Of a stretch of 61,291 nucleotides of DNA, positions 9,340 through 18,258 are shown piece by piece. The notes beneath the pieces were generated by a model that did not search any database, was not told where the DNA came from, and was given only the letters and a program-made list of their open reading frames with translations. The translations under genes were made by a program, and so were the position numbers. Source of the DNA: Candidatus Limnocylindrales bacterium (GTDB lineage Bacteria > Chloroflexota > Limnocylindria > Limnocylindrales > CSP1-4); NCBI GenBank assembly GCA_046599085.1, contig JBKJHI010000071.1:1-61291 (forward strand), written 5' to 3'. How positions within the stretch are numbered: the first letter of the stretch is position 1; each line of letters begins with the position of its first letter.

Positions 9340-9747
9340 ATGACCGTCCCAGCCGCCGACACCGCCAGGACCACCGCCCGAGCCATCCACGCCGACCGCG
9401 CGGCCGGGACCCTCACGATCGGCTGGGCCGATGAGCACGAGACCGTCTTCGACATGGTGTCCCTGCGGTGGATGTGCCCGTGTGCGTACTGCCGCGGCGA
9501 AGCTGGCATGCCCGGCTGGCTGGACAGCGCGCCGACCCTGACCCCCGAGCAGACCCAGCTCACGGATCTGCATCTCGTGGGGAACTACGCCGTCTCCCCG
9601 CACTGGGCCGATGGGCACAAGACCGGCTATTACACGTTCACCATGCTGCGCGATCGATGCCCATGCGCGACCTGCGCCGCGCGTCGGCACGCCGACCCGA
9701 ACGGCGAGCGGCCGCCTGCCGCCGGGACCCACGCCGAGCACGCCTGA
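9340..9747 (+). CDS. DUF971 (gamma-butyrobetaine hydroxylase N-terminal-like) zinc-ribbon protein
   Basis: 135 aa starting at ATG 9340. Carries the CPCAYC ... HW..GH ..Y pattern and a second CPCATC typical of stand-alone DUF971 proteins. Confidence 0.7.
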   Translation: MTVPAADTARTTARAIHADRAAGTLTIGWADEHETVFDMVSLRWMCPCAYCRGEAGMPGWLDSAPTLTPEQTQLTDLHLVGNYAVSPHWADGHKTGYYTFTMLRDRCPCATCAARRHADPNGERPPAAGTHAEHA

Positions 9748-9924
9748 CCGACAGCGCCTGACTCGCCAGGCCACGGCCGCCCCGCGGCCCCGCCGGACCC
9801 ACCCCGCGGTCCGGGGCTCGTCTCGGCCCGTGCTATCCTCGCCGGCCAGTCCCACGCACGGCCGTGCTCGCACACGCGCGCGGAACGTCAGCGTTCATGT
9901 CGCTCAGGAGCCCGATCCACCCCG

Positions 9925-12111
9925 ATGGCCGCAGTCGATCCAGCAGCCGCCGCTCCCCTGGCCTCGCGCGCCCCGGCGCCGCGGGCACGCCGGGCCCCGC
10001 GGGTGCCGACAGAACTTCCGTACCTGAACCGGGAGCTCTCGTGGATCGAGTTCAACGCCCGGGTGCTGCACGAGGCGCGCGACCATCGGAACCCCCTGCT
10101 GGAGCGGGCCAAGTTCCTGGCGATCTTCGCGAACAACCTCGATGAGTTCTTCCAGGTCCGAATCGCCGGTCTGCGGCAACAGATCGAGGCTGGCGCCACG
10201 ACGCGCGCCGCCGACGGCCGCACCCCTGCCGAGCAGCTCACCGCGGCTCGCGAGCGGGTCGTCGAGGTCGTGGCGGACCATTCAGCGATCTTCCTGCAGC
10301 TCCGCGGCGAGCTCGCCCGTGAAGGCGTCGAGATCGTGGACTACGCAAGCATCCCGGAGCACCACGCCGCGCTGCGCCAGCGCTACCTCGACGAGATCTT
10401 CCCTGTCCTGACGCCGCTGGCGGTGGATCCGGGACACCCGTTCCCGTATATCTCGACGCTCAGCCTGTCGATCGCGGTGGGCCTCATCGATCCTGACAAC
10501 GGCGAGCGCGTCTTCGCCCGGGTCAAGGTGCCCCAGATCCTGCCGCGTCTGCTCGAAGTGGAACCCGATCGCTTCGTGCCGATCGATCAGGTCATCGCGG
10601 CCAACCTGGCCGATCTGTTCACCGGCATGCACGTCGTCGAGACCCACATGTTCCGGGTGACCCGCAACGCAGACCTCGCCATCGAGGAGGACGAGGCCGA
10701 CGACCTGCTCATGGCGATCGAGGAGGAGCTTCGACGTCGCCGCTTCGGCGAAGCGGTGCGCCTGGAGGTCGAACGCTCGATGCCGCAGGCGACCCGCGAG
10801 CTGCTCCAGCGCGGCCTTGGCCTCGATGCCGAGGATTGCTACGAGGTCGGCGGTCTGCTCGACCTGACCGCCCTGTGGCGGATCGTCGAACTCGATCGAC
10901 CGGATCTGAAATCGACGCCGTGGATCCCGGTCACGCCGGCCCGCCTCATGCCGCCCGACGAGGACGAGGAGGCCGACGTCTTCGCCGCGATCCGCAGCGG
11001 CGACATCCTCGTACACCACCCGTACGACTCGTTCTCGGCGTCCGTCGAGCGGTTCATCGCCCAGGCGGCCGACGACCCCGATGTCCTGACCATCAAGCAG
11101 ACCCTGTACCGGACCTCCGGCGACTCGCCCATCGTGCAGTCGCTCATCCGTGCCGCGGAGCGCGGCAAGCAGGTCGTCGTCCTGGTCGAGATCAAGGCTC
11201 GCTTCGATGAGGAAGCGAACATCATCTGGGCGCGCAAGCTGGAGCGAGCCGGCGCGCACGTCGTGTACGGCCTGGTCGGGCTCAAGACCCACTCGAAGAC
11301 CTCGCTCGTGGTTCGCCGCGAAGGATCCGGCCTGCGGCGCTACGTCCACATCGGGACCGGGAACTACAACCAGAAGACGGCCCGCCTGTACGTGGACCTC
11401 GGCCTGCTGACGTCGCGGCCAGAGATCGGCTCGGACGTGACCGACCTGTTCAACGTGCTCACCGGCCTGTCACGCCAGCGTACGTTCAAGCGCCTGTTGG
11501 TGGCGCCGCACAGCATGCGCGCAGGCTTCCTCGAGCTCGTCGATCGCGAGGTCGCCCATGCCGCGGCCGGACGCGACGCAGGGATCGTGGTCAAGACCAA
11601 TGCCATCGTCGACGGGCCGGCCATCGAGGCGCTCTATCGAGCCTCGCAGGCGGGGGTGCCCATCGAGCTGATCGTGCGCGGCGCCTGCTCGCTGCAGCCG
11701 GGCCTGCCCGGGATCTCGGACGGGATCCGCGTGCGCTCGATCATCGGCGAATTCCTCGAGCATTCGCGCATCTGGGGGTTCCGCAACGGCGGCGACGCCG
11801 ACTGGTACATCGGATCGGCGGACCTCATGGACCGCAATCTCGATCGCCGCGTCGAGGCCGTCGTCCCGGTCGAGGATCACGATGCCCGCGAGCGCCTGTC
11901 GGAGATCATCGAGCTGATGCTGGCCGACGACCGCCGGTCCTGGCAGCTCACGTCGGACGCGACGTGGGTCCGCACCGAGGTCCTGACTGGCACGGAGGGC
12001 ACCATCGACACGCACGAGACGCTCAAGGCCCGGGCCCTGGAGATGGGATCGATCGCATCTGTCCCGCGGCGGCCCGGCGAGGGCGCGGGCTCGCTGGATC
12101 CGCGGGCGTGA
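9925..12111 (+). CDS. ppk: polyphosphate kinase 1
   Basis: 728 aa. N-terminal YLNRELSWIEFNARVLHEA, two PLD-like HxK regions (GLKTHSKTSLV, HSRIW) and typical PPK1 length. Confidence 0.95.
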   Translation: MAAVDPAAAAPLASRAPAPRARRAPRVPTELPYLNRELSWIEFNARVLHEARDHRNPLLERAKFLAIFANNLDEFFQVRIAGLRQQIEAGATTRAADGRTPAEQLTAARERVVEVVADHSAIFLQLRGELAREGVEIVDYASIPEHHAALRQRYLDEIFPVLTPLAVDPGHPFPYISTLSLSIAVGLIDPDNGERVFARVKVPQILPRLLEVEPDRFVPIDQVIAANLADLFTGMHVVETHMFRVTRNADLAIEEDEADDLLMAIEEELRRRRFGEAVRLEVERSMPQATRELLQRGLGLDAEDCYEVGGLLDLTALWRIVELDRPDLKSTPWIPVTPARLMPPDEDEEADVFAAIRSGDILVHHPYDSFSASVERFIAQAADDPDVLTIKQTLYRTSGDSPIVQSLIRAAERGKQVVVLVEIKARFDEEANIIWARKLERAGAHVVYGLVGLKTHSKTSLVVRREGSGLRRYVHIGTGNYNQKTARLYVDLGLLTSRPEIGSDVTDLFNVLTGLSRQRTFKRLLVAPHSMRAGFLELVDREVAHAAAGRDAGIVVKTNAIVDGPAIEALYRASQAGVPIELIVRGACSLQPGLPGISDGIRVRSIIGEFLEHSRIWGFRNGGDADWYIGSADLMDRNLDRRVEAVVPVEDHDARERLSEIIELMLADDRRSWQLTSDATWVRTEVLTGTEGTIDTHETLKARALEMGSIASVPRRPGEGAGSLDPRA

Positions 12112-13799
12112 AGCGCGGCACCAAGGCGGAGCGCAAGGCAGCCAAGCGACCAGTCGAGATCGAGTTGAAGTTCCGCGTCGACGATGCAGCCGCCGGGGAG
12201 GCTGTCCTCACGACCGAGCGGTTCGGATCGCTGGCGGCCGAGGACGAGCCCGCCCGCGCGGTGGAGATGTCGGACCGCTACGTCGACACCGCCGACGGGG
12301 CACTGTCACGCGCGGGGTATGCCGTCCGTCTGCGGCGCCTGGCCGACTCGACGCTCGTCTCGGTCAAGTCGCTGACGCGCGTCGCTGCCGCCGGTGGCGC
12401 TGCGCGCCGGGAGGAGATCGAGGGCCCGGCCGACGACGTGGCGCCGCCCGCCGACTGGCCTGCGTCCGACGCGCGTGCCCTGGTCATCGAGCACGTCGGC
12501 GACGCGCCGCTGACCCACCTCGTGACCATCCGCCAGCGTCGTCTCCGGCGCCGCTACGCGTCCGATGCCGCGACGGTCGAGCTCAGCCTCGACCGGGTCG
12601 AGATCATGGCCGGCGATCTCGTCCTCGAGCGGTTCACGGAGCTCGAGGCGGAACTCGTCAGCGGAGAGGAGGCGGCGCTCACCGTGGTGGCGGCCGTCCT
12701 CGACGGCACGGAAGGCCTGCGCCGTGCGACATCGAGCAAGCTTGATCAGGCGATGGCCGCCATCGACGCCGCTCGTACGTCGTCCGCCGCCGTCGATGGC
12801 GCGCCGGCTGGTGATGCGCGGCCGGTGATCGACACCGCCACGCCGCTGGAGATCCCGTCACTGTCCGTCGGCAAGACCCCCGGCGTGCTGCCCGAGGATC
12901 ACGTCGCGGAGGCCGGGCGCAAGGTCCTGCGCTTCCACCTCGCCAGGATGCTCGACTACGAGGCCGGGACCCGAACCGGCGAGGTGGCCGAGAATCTGCA
13001 CAAGATGCGCGTGGCGACCCGGCGGCAGCGCGCGGCGTGGCGTGTCTTCGGGTCGGCGTTCCGCCCGGGCCGGACGCGTCGGTATCGGACGGGACTGCGC
13101 GACATCGCCTCGCGGCTGGGTGCGGTCCGCGACCTGGACGTCCAGCTCGAGGCCGCCGACCTGTATCGGGCAGACCTGCCGGTTCCGGAACAGCGTGCCA
13201 TGGAGCCGTTGCTGGGTGCGTGGCGCGCGCATCGCGACGACGCCCGGATCCTCCTGCTTCGGGAGCTCGATTCGGACGGATATCGCCGGTGGCTCGACGA
13301 CTACCGCGATTTCGTGCGGACAGAGGGTGCATTCGCGCTGCCGGTCGGTCCGGTGCAGCCGCATCGGGTCCGCGACACGGCGCCATCGCGCATCTGGAAC
13401 GCCTACGAGCAACTGCGTGGGTACGAGCCCGTCCTGCGCTGGGCCGATGTCGAGACGCTGCACGACCTGCGCATCGCGGCCAAATGGCTTCGCTACTCGA
13501 TGGAGTTCACGCGCGAGGCGCTCGGTCCGGAGGTCTCCACGCTGATCGCGCGTGTCACGGCGCTGCAGGACCACCTCGGCCTGATGAACGACGCCGACGT
13601 CACCGCATCGATGGCGAGGACGTTCCTGGTCGATCACGCGGGCGATCTCAGCTCGCTGGAAAGCGCCGCGATCGGTCGCTATCTCGTGGATCGTGAGCGA
13701 GAGGTCGCGCGACTGCGACGGACGATGGGACCGACCTGGCGCGGCGCCTCCGGGCTTCGATTCCGCCGCGCCCTCGGACGGGTGGTCGCCGAGCTCTAA
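12108..13799 (+). CDS. CYTH-CHAD two-domain protein (triphosphate tunnel metalloenzyme fused to a polyP-binding CHAD domain)
   Basis: GTG 12108 overlaps the ppk stop (GTGA). The N-terminal EIELKF matches the CYTH ExExK signature. The C-terminal helical Arg/His-rich region (HKMRVATRRQRAAWRVF, LHDLRIAAKWLRY) is typical of CHAD. Confidence 0.85.
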   Translation: MKRGTKAERKAAKRPVEIELKFRVDDAAAGEAVLTTERFGSLAAEDEPARAVEMSDRYVDTADGALSRAGYAVRLRRLADSTLVSVKSLTRVAAAGGAARREEIEGPADDVAPPADWPASDARALVIEHVGDAPLTHLVTIRQRRLRRRYASDAATVELSLDRVEIMAGDLVLERFTELEAELVSGEEAALTVVAAVLDGTEGLRRATSSKLDQAMAAIDAARTSSAAVDGAPAGDARPVIDTATPLEIPSLSVGKTPGVLPEDHVAEAGRKVLRFHLARMLDYEAGTRTGEVAENLHKMRVATRRQRAAWRVFGSAFRPGRTRRYRTGLRDIASRLGAVRDLDVQLEAADLYRADLPVPEQRAMEPLLGAWRAHRDDARILLLRELDSDGYRRWLDDYRDFVRTEGAFALPVGPVQPHRVRDTAPSRIWNAYEQLRGYEPVLRWADVETLHDLRIAAKWLRYSMEFTREALGPEVSTLIARVTALQDHLGLMNDADVTASMARTFLVDHAGDLSSLESAAIGRYLVDREREVARLRRTMGPTWRGASGLRFRRALGRVVAEL

Positions 13800-14767
13800 C
13801 CGACGGCGTCGCCCGTGTCGGCGTCGCGCCAGCCGTGTGCGAGCGCTTCCAGCCGGTCGCGCCATGACCGGCCGACATGGTCGGCGATGAGGATCGCGCC
13901 CTCGCGCAGGCCGGCGTCGGATACCCGCAACTCCGTGAGCGCATAGCGGCGCAGCAGCGCATCGACGATGGCGGCCCCTGCCGGCAACAACGGCGCCCGC
14001 CGCGGGTTGACCCGGAATCGCTCGGTCGTCTCGGCGGCCGGACGCTCGAGCAGGCCGGCCGTGGCGTCCGCGAGGCGGTCGCGGGTGAGGATCCGGTCCT
14101 CGACCCCGCCTGGGGCGACCTTCAGCAGGTTCGATGCCGTTCCGCCGACGCCGATAAGCTCCGCGGGATGCGCGGCGATGGCACCCACCATCGCCTGGTC
14201 CGCGGCGGCGCGCATCGCGGCCATCTCGTCGGCCGTGGGTGGATCGTGCCGGACGAACCGAGACGTCAGGCGGTTGGACCCCAGGCGAAGGCCGGACGCC
14301 CGAGCGTGGCCGCGCTCGGCCACGACGCAGAACTCGGAGCTGCCGCCGCCGATGTCCACGACCAGGGTCTCCTGCCGGACCGGCCGGCCCTGCGTGACAC
14401 CGATGAGCGTCAGGAAGGCCTCTTCTTCGTGGCTGAGCACGTGGAGCGGGACGCCGGTCGCCGCCTCCACTTCGGCCACGATGCGGGGGGCGTCGGCGGC
14501 TCGCCGGATCGGCTCGGTCCCCATCAACGTGATCGTCGTGGCACCCAGCCGGCGCGCGGTCGCGGCGTATCCGGCGAGCGTGGCGGCGAGCTCCGCCCGT
14601 GCGTCTGCACCGAGATGGGCTCGATCGTCGATGGCCACGCCGAGGCCAAGGAACGCAGACTCATCGAGGAGCGGCTCAAGGCGATGACCGACGATCTCGG
14701 CGACCAGGAGATGGACGGACGTCGACCCGAGGTCGACCGACGCACCGATTCGCGGATCAGCGTTCAC
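13796..14767 (-). CDS. ppx: exopolyphosphatase (Ppx/GppA family, short form)
   Basis: 323 aa. ASKHA-fold phosphate motifs DLGSTSVHLLVA and VVDIGGGSSE. Its stop overlaps the CYTH-CHAD stop (CTAA, convergent). Confidence 0.9.
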   Translation of the reverse strand: MNADPRIGASVDLGSTSVHLLVAEIVGHRLEPLLDESAFLGLGVAIDDRAHLGADARAELAATLAGYAATARRLGATTITLMGTEPIRRAADAPRIVAEVEAATGVPLHVLSHEEEAFLTLIGVTQGRPVRQETLVVDIGGGSSEFCVVAERGHARASGLRLGSNRLTSRFVRHDPPTADEMAAMRAAADQAMVGAIAAHPAELIGVGGTASNLLKVAPGGVEDRILTRDRLADATAGLLERPAAETTERFRVNPRRAPLLPAGAAIVDALLRRYALTELRVSDAGLREGAILIADHVGRSWRDRLEALAHGWRDADTGDAVG

Positions 14768-14815
14768 GCTGTCACCCGCCGCGGGATCGCGATCGGACCC
14801 GGGTGAGTTGCTGGA

Positions 14816-15487
14816 TCAGCTTGTGGCCCCGGTACCGCCGCCGCCCGCTGAGGACCTCGGCGTCCTGACGGCGGGCTTGCGGGTCGCAGCGGGCTTGGCG
14901 GCCGCGGGCTTCGCGGCCGCGGGCTTGCGGGTCGCAGCGGGCTTGCGGGTCGCAGCTGGCTTGGCGGCGGGGGCGCGCGTTGAAGCGGGCTTGGTCGCGG
15001 CTGGCTTGGTCGCGGCTGGCTTCGCGCCGGCGGGCTTGCGGGTGGTTGCCGCCTTGCGGGTCGCAGCGGGCTTGGTCGGCGCGGGCTTCGCGCCGGCGGG
15101 CTTGCGGGTGGTTGCCGCCTTGCGGGTCGTCGCCGCGGCGATGGCGGCAGCGCCGGCCGCGCCAGCGGCTCCGGCGACTCCTGCTGCGGCCCCCGCTGCG
15201 GATCCGGCGGCCTGGCTGAGACGCTGCCCGAACCGCCCGATCAAGGTCGCGACCTCATCCGCGGCCCGCTCGGCCTGCTTACGACGCTTGGTGACCGCCT
15301 TGCCACCATGTTTCCGCTGGGCCTTCCCAAGCTGCTGGAGCCGTTTGAACTCCTTGTCACGCGCTGCCGACAACTCGCGCTCCAGCTTGCGCAGACGCCG
15401 TGCCGCCTTGTCCGCGACGGGCGTGACCGCATCGGTCATCGTCTCGAGCACGCCGCTCGCGCCACCCTGCTTCCGCTTTCGCGCCAT
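14816..15487 (-). CDS. AlgP / histone H1-like Lys-Ala-Pro repeat protein (coiled-coil N-terminus, polycationic tail)
   Basis: ATG 15487 (MARKRKQGG). The N-terminal 90 aa are charged and helical. The C-terminal half is made of KPAA / TRKPAA-type repeats (AKPAATRKPAATRKPAAAKPAAAKPAATRKP). It lies 48 nt upstream of ppx on the same strand. Confidence 0.7.
   Translation of the reverse strand: MARKRKQGGASGVLETMTDAVTPVADKAARRLRKLERELSAARDKEFKRLQQLGKAQRKHGGKAVTKRRKQAERAADEVATLIGRFGQRLSQAAGSAAGAAAGVAGAAGAAGAAAIAAATTRKAATTRKPAGAKPAPTKPAATRKAATTRKPAGAKPAATKPAATKPASTRAPAAKPAATRKPAATRKPAAAKPAAAKPAATRKPAVRTPRSSAGGGGTGATS
14868..15135. repeat. imperfect tandem DNA repeats encoding the KPAA/TRKPAA tail
   Basis: GCGGGCTTGCGGGTCGCAGC-type units recur. 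A roughly 48-bp block (GGCTTCGCGCCGGCGGGCTTGCGGGTGGTTGCCGCCTTGCGGGTCG) occurs twice, near 15013 and 15082. Confidence 0.8.
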
Positions 15488-15601
15488 CGATCTCTCCTTC
15501 GCTCCGAGCACCTCGAGCGCTGATGGTGGCAGAACAGTCGCTTGCGGTCGAGACGGCGTCGCTGGCGGTGCGGCATGCTTCACTCGATCGCTGGAGGCGT
15601 C

Positions 15602-15973
15602 ATGCCACTCATCCTCATCGGGATCGGCGGATTCGCAGGCGCCGTGACCCGATATCTCATCGACGGCGCGATCGCCGAACGCACCACGTCCAGCTTCCCG
15701 TTCGGGACGCTGGCGGTAAACCTCACTGGCTCCTTCCTGCTCGGGCTGCTGTTCGCGCTCAGCGCGGAGCGGGCGATCCTGCCCGCCGAGATACGCGGGC
15801 CGGTACTCATCGGCTTCATCGGGGCGTACACGACGTTCTCGACCTACATGCTCGAATCCTGGCGCCTCATCGAGGGCGGCGCTGTGGGCATGGCGATGCT
15901 CAACCTCGTCGGCTCCGTGGCGATCGGCATGGTCGCGGTCGTCCTCGGCCTCACGCTCGGGAGACTCATCTGA
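15602..15973 (+). CDS. crcB: fluoride ion channel CrcB/FluC
   Basis: 123 aa from MPLILIGIGGFAGAVTRY, with FPFGTLAVNLTGSFLLG and GFIGAYTTFSTY. Alternative ATG at 15575. Confidence 0.9.
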   Translation: MPLILIGIGGFAGAVTRYLIDGAIAERTTSSFPFGTLAVNLTGSFLLGLLFALSAERAILPAEIRGPVLIGFIGAYTTFSTYMLESWRLIEGGAVGMAMLNLVGSVAIGMVAVVLGLTLGRLI

Positions 15974-16051
15974 TCCGAATCGACGGGCCGGCGGTGCTGT
16001 CCGCCTCCAGGTCGGCGACGCGGATGTGCACGAGGGCGTCGGCACCACACC

Positions 16052-16110
16052 TTGATCGAGTGGAGCGCGGATTAACGGAGCCTTAACGCGGCGGATATCA
16101 CGCGTTGATG
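16052..16110 (+). promoter_or_regulatory. candidate PHO box: TTAACG direct repeats with 11-bp phasing upstream of pstS
   Basis: TTAACG at 16072-16077 and 16083-16088, and TTGATG at 16105-16110 in the same phase. TTGATC at 16052-16057 is 2 nt out of phase. The site is about 90-150 nt upstream of the pstS GTG. Confidence 0.45.
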
Positions 16111-16199
16111 CCACGACCTGAGGGTTCGGGTTGTCAAGCAGGGAGGCCTGTCCCAACCCAGAGCGCCACGACGGCGCATCCCCCAGGAGGAATCACCGC

Positions 16200-17210
16200 G
16201 TGACGATCACGAACCCGACGCGCATCGGCGCCCTCGCACTGGTGGTGGCGTTCGCCATCGGCGCCTGTAGCGGCGGTACGGGAGCGACCACCGATCCGAC
16301 GAGCGGCGGCTCCGGAGATTCGATCGTCGTGGCCGGCTCCTCGACCGTGGAGCCGATCTCCACCGGCGTCGCCGAGTCATTCAAGAAGGCGAACCCGGAC
16401 TTCAACTACACCGTGACCGGCGAAGGCACCGGCGACGGGTTCAAGCGCTTCTGCGCCGGCGAGACGGACATCAGCGATGCCTCCCGCAAGATCAAGGACG
16501 AAGAGGCCGCGTCGTGTGCGGACACCGGCGTCGAGTACGTCGAGTTGAAGGTCGCGATCGACGGCATCAGCGTCCTCACCTCGCCGGCGAACAGCGCAGT
16601 CACCTGCCTGAGCTTCGCCGACCTGTACGCCCTCATCGGCCCTGAGTCGATCGGTTTCAGCAGCTGGTCCGACGGCCAGGCCATCGCCACCGAGCTCGGC
16701 TCGCCGACGGTCCTGCCAAACGCGCCGCTGACGATCACCGGCCCGGGCGAGGAGTCCGGCACCTTCGACAGCTTCGTCGAGATCGTGATCCAGAAGTCGG
16801 CGGAGGCCCGTGGCCAGGACGCCACGACGCGTCCGGACTACACCGCTTCGGCCAATGACAACGCGATCATCGAAGGGATCGCCGGAGCCGACACCTCGCT
16901 CGGTTGGGTCGGTTTCGCCTTCTACGAGGAGAACCTCGACAAGGTCAAGGCCCTCGAGATCTCAAAGGACGCGGGTGGCACGTGCGTCGCCCCCACGGCC
17001 GAGACCATCGCCAGCGCGGAGTACCCGATCTCGCGCGACCTGTACATCTACGTGAACAAGGCCAAGGCGACCGACAACCCCGCCGTTGCCGCGTACGTCG
17101 ACTACTACCTCGCTGACGGGACGATCGACACGGTCCTCGAGACCGTGCCCTACGTCCCGCTCACGGCCGAGTCCCTGGGCGCGAGCCAGGCGGCCTGGGC
17201 CGCACGGTAG
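16200..17210 (+). CDS. pstS: phosphate ABC transporter substrate-binding lipoprotein
   Basis: GTG 16200 is preceded by AGGAGG at 16186-16191. Signal peptide with lipobox FAIGAC, and the GSSTVEP motif of the PstS/PBP family. Confidence 0.9.
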   Translation: MTITNPTRIGALALVVAFAIGACSGGTGATTDPTSGGSGDSIVVAGSSTVEPISTGVAESFKKANPDFNYTVTGEGTGDGFKRFCAGETDISDASRKIKDEEAASCADTGVEYVELKVAIDGISVLTSPANSAVTCLSFADLYALIGPESIGFSSWSDGQAIATELGSPTVLPNAPLTITGPGEESGTFDSFVEIVIQKSAEARGQDATTRPDYTASANDNAIIEGIAGADTSLGWVGFAFYEENLDKVKALEISKDAGGTCVAPTAETIASAEYPISRDLYIYVNKAKATDNPAVAAYVDYYLADGTIDTVLETVPYVPLTAESLGASQAAWAAR

Positions 17211-17227
17211 AGCCCGTTCTCTCCTCC

Positions 17228-17267
17228 CAGGACCGGTCTGGCACGCTCGGAAGCCCGACCGGTCCTG
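17228..17267 (+). terminator. intercistronic stem-loop between pstS and pstC (11-bp perfect stem)
   Basis: CAGGACCGGTC (17228-17238) pairs with GACCGGTCCTG (17257-17267) across an 18-nt loop. There is no U-tract, so it is more likely a partial terminator or mRNA stabiliser. Confidence 0.45.
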
Positions 17268-17302
17268 TCCCATTCCCCCGCTAGACTTCGGGAAACGCCA
17301 GC

Positions 17303-18250
17303 GTGGTGAGGCACCCATTGACCAACGACACCGACACGATCCGACCGGGCTTCCTGCAGGGTTCGGCGGACCGCCGCAGGAACGAACGCGCCGTGCGCGC
17401 GGTCCTGATCGGCGCGGCGCTCGTCTCGGTCCTCATCAGTGCAGGCATCGTCGGGTCCCTCGTCTTCGAGGCGATCGAGTTCATCTCGAAGATCGAGATC
17501 GGTGACCTGTTTGCGGTCGGCTGGTTCCCGCGGCGCGGCCTGTTCAGCATCCCGACCGTGCTGGCGGGCACGCTCATCGTCACGGCGATCGCCATCCTCC
17601 TGGCCGCACCGATCGGGCTCCTGTCCGCGATCTACCTGTCGGAGTACGCGGCGCCACGAACACGGAACGTGGTCAAGCCGATCCTGGAGATCCTGGCCGG
17701 GATCCCGAGCGTCGTGCTCGGGTTCTTCGCCCTGACATGGATCGGCCCGAACATCGTCGAGGCCTTCCTTGGGGCACCCACCGCCTTCAGTCTCGCGGCG
17801 GCCGGCATCGGCGTCGGCATCCTCACGATCCCGCTCGTCGCCTCCGTGTCGGAGGACGCGATGCGGGCCGTGCCGCGCGGTCTGCGGGAGGCGTCGTACG
17901 GCCTGGGTGCGCGTCGGCTGACCACGAGCGCCCGCGTCGTCCTCCCAGCAGCTATCTCCGGCATCGTGGCCGCGCTCATCCTCGCCGTGTCGCGGGCGGT
18001 CGGTGAGACGATGGTCGTCGCCGTTGCGGCGGGTGCGACGGGCGGTTCGCTGTTCACACTGGATCCCCTTGGGCCCGGACAGACCCTGACCGCCGCGATG
18101 GCATCGCTTGCCACAGGCTCGGACAACGTGGTGGGCGCGGACGCGGCCTTCCTGAGCCTGTTCTTCCTGGGTTTCGTCCTGTTCGTCATGACCCTGGGCC
18201 TGAACGTCCTGGGCGACGTCTTCGTCCGGCGCACCCGGCAGCGGTACTAG
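17303..18250 (+). CDS. pstC: phosphate ABC transporter permease PstC
   Basis: 315 aa, 6 TM helices, EAA-like loop ([20 protein letters not shown]), positioned after pstS. Confidence 0.9.
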   Translation: MVRHPLTNDTDTIRPGFLQGSADRRRNERAVRAVLIGAALVSVLISAGIVGSLVFEAIEFISKIEIGDLFAVGWFPRRGLFSIPTVLAGTLIVTAIAILLAAPIGLLSAIYLSEYAAPRTRNVVKPILEILAGIPSVVLGFFALTWIGPNIVEAFLGAPTAFSLAAAGIGVGILTIPLVASVSEDAMRAVPRGLREASYGLGARRLTTSARVVLPAAISGIVAALILAVSRAVGETMVVAVAAGATGGSLFTLDPLGPGQTLTAAMASLATGSDNVVGADAAFLSLFFLGFVLFVMTLGLNVLGDVFVRRTRQRY

Positions 18251-18258
18251 AGCGACCG

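Noticed and set aside
9256-9873. N-terminal extensions of raw ORFs (6640-9873, 5519-7138, 34606-36255, 35730-37703, 37223-38458, 37983-39497, 58171-59913, 58605-61064)
   Set aside because: The extensions overlap neighbouring genes or intergenic DNA and have non-protein-like composition. Internal starts coincide with conserved family N-termini and with tight junctions to the upstream gene.
12108-12700. CYTH domain as the adenylate cyclase feeding the cNMP-gated DMT transporter
   Set aside because: This is tempting because CYTH includes CyaB-type cyclases. However, the domain is fused to CHAD and coupled to ppk1, which points to polyphosphate or triphosphate chemistry. Nothing links the two loci.
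12858-13865. Long antisense ORFs here and at 34714-36384, 37485-39200, 42466-43266, 44166-45707, 51224-52714 and 58468-59499
   Set aside because: Each lies opposite a gene with strong motif support and shows Arg/Pro/Gly-rich composition without domains. They are treated as GC-driven artefacts.
15488-15601. Fluoride (crcB-motif) riboswitch upstream of crcB
   Set aside because: I looked for the GGxGAUGG...CC / AAC / CUGAUGAxxCCUAC core. Only a partial GCUGAUGGUGGC element is present, without the 5' stem or pseudoknot partner. A covariance-model scan (Rfam RF01734) would settle it.
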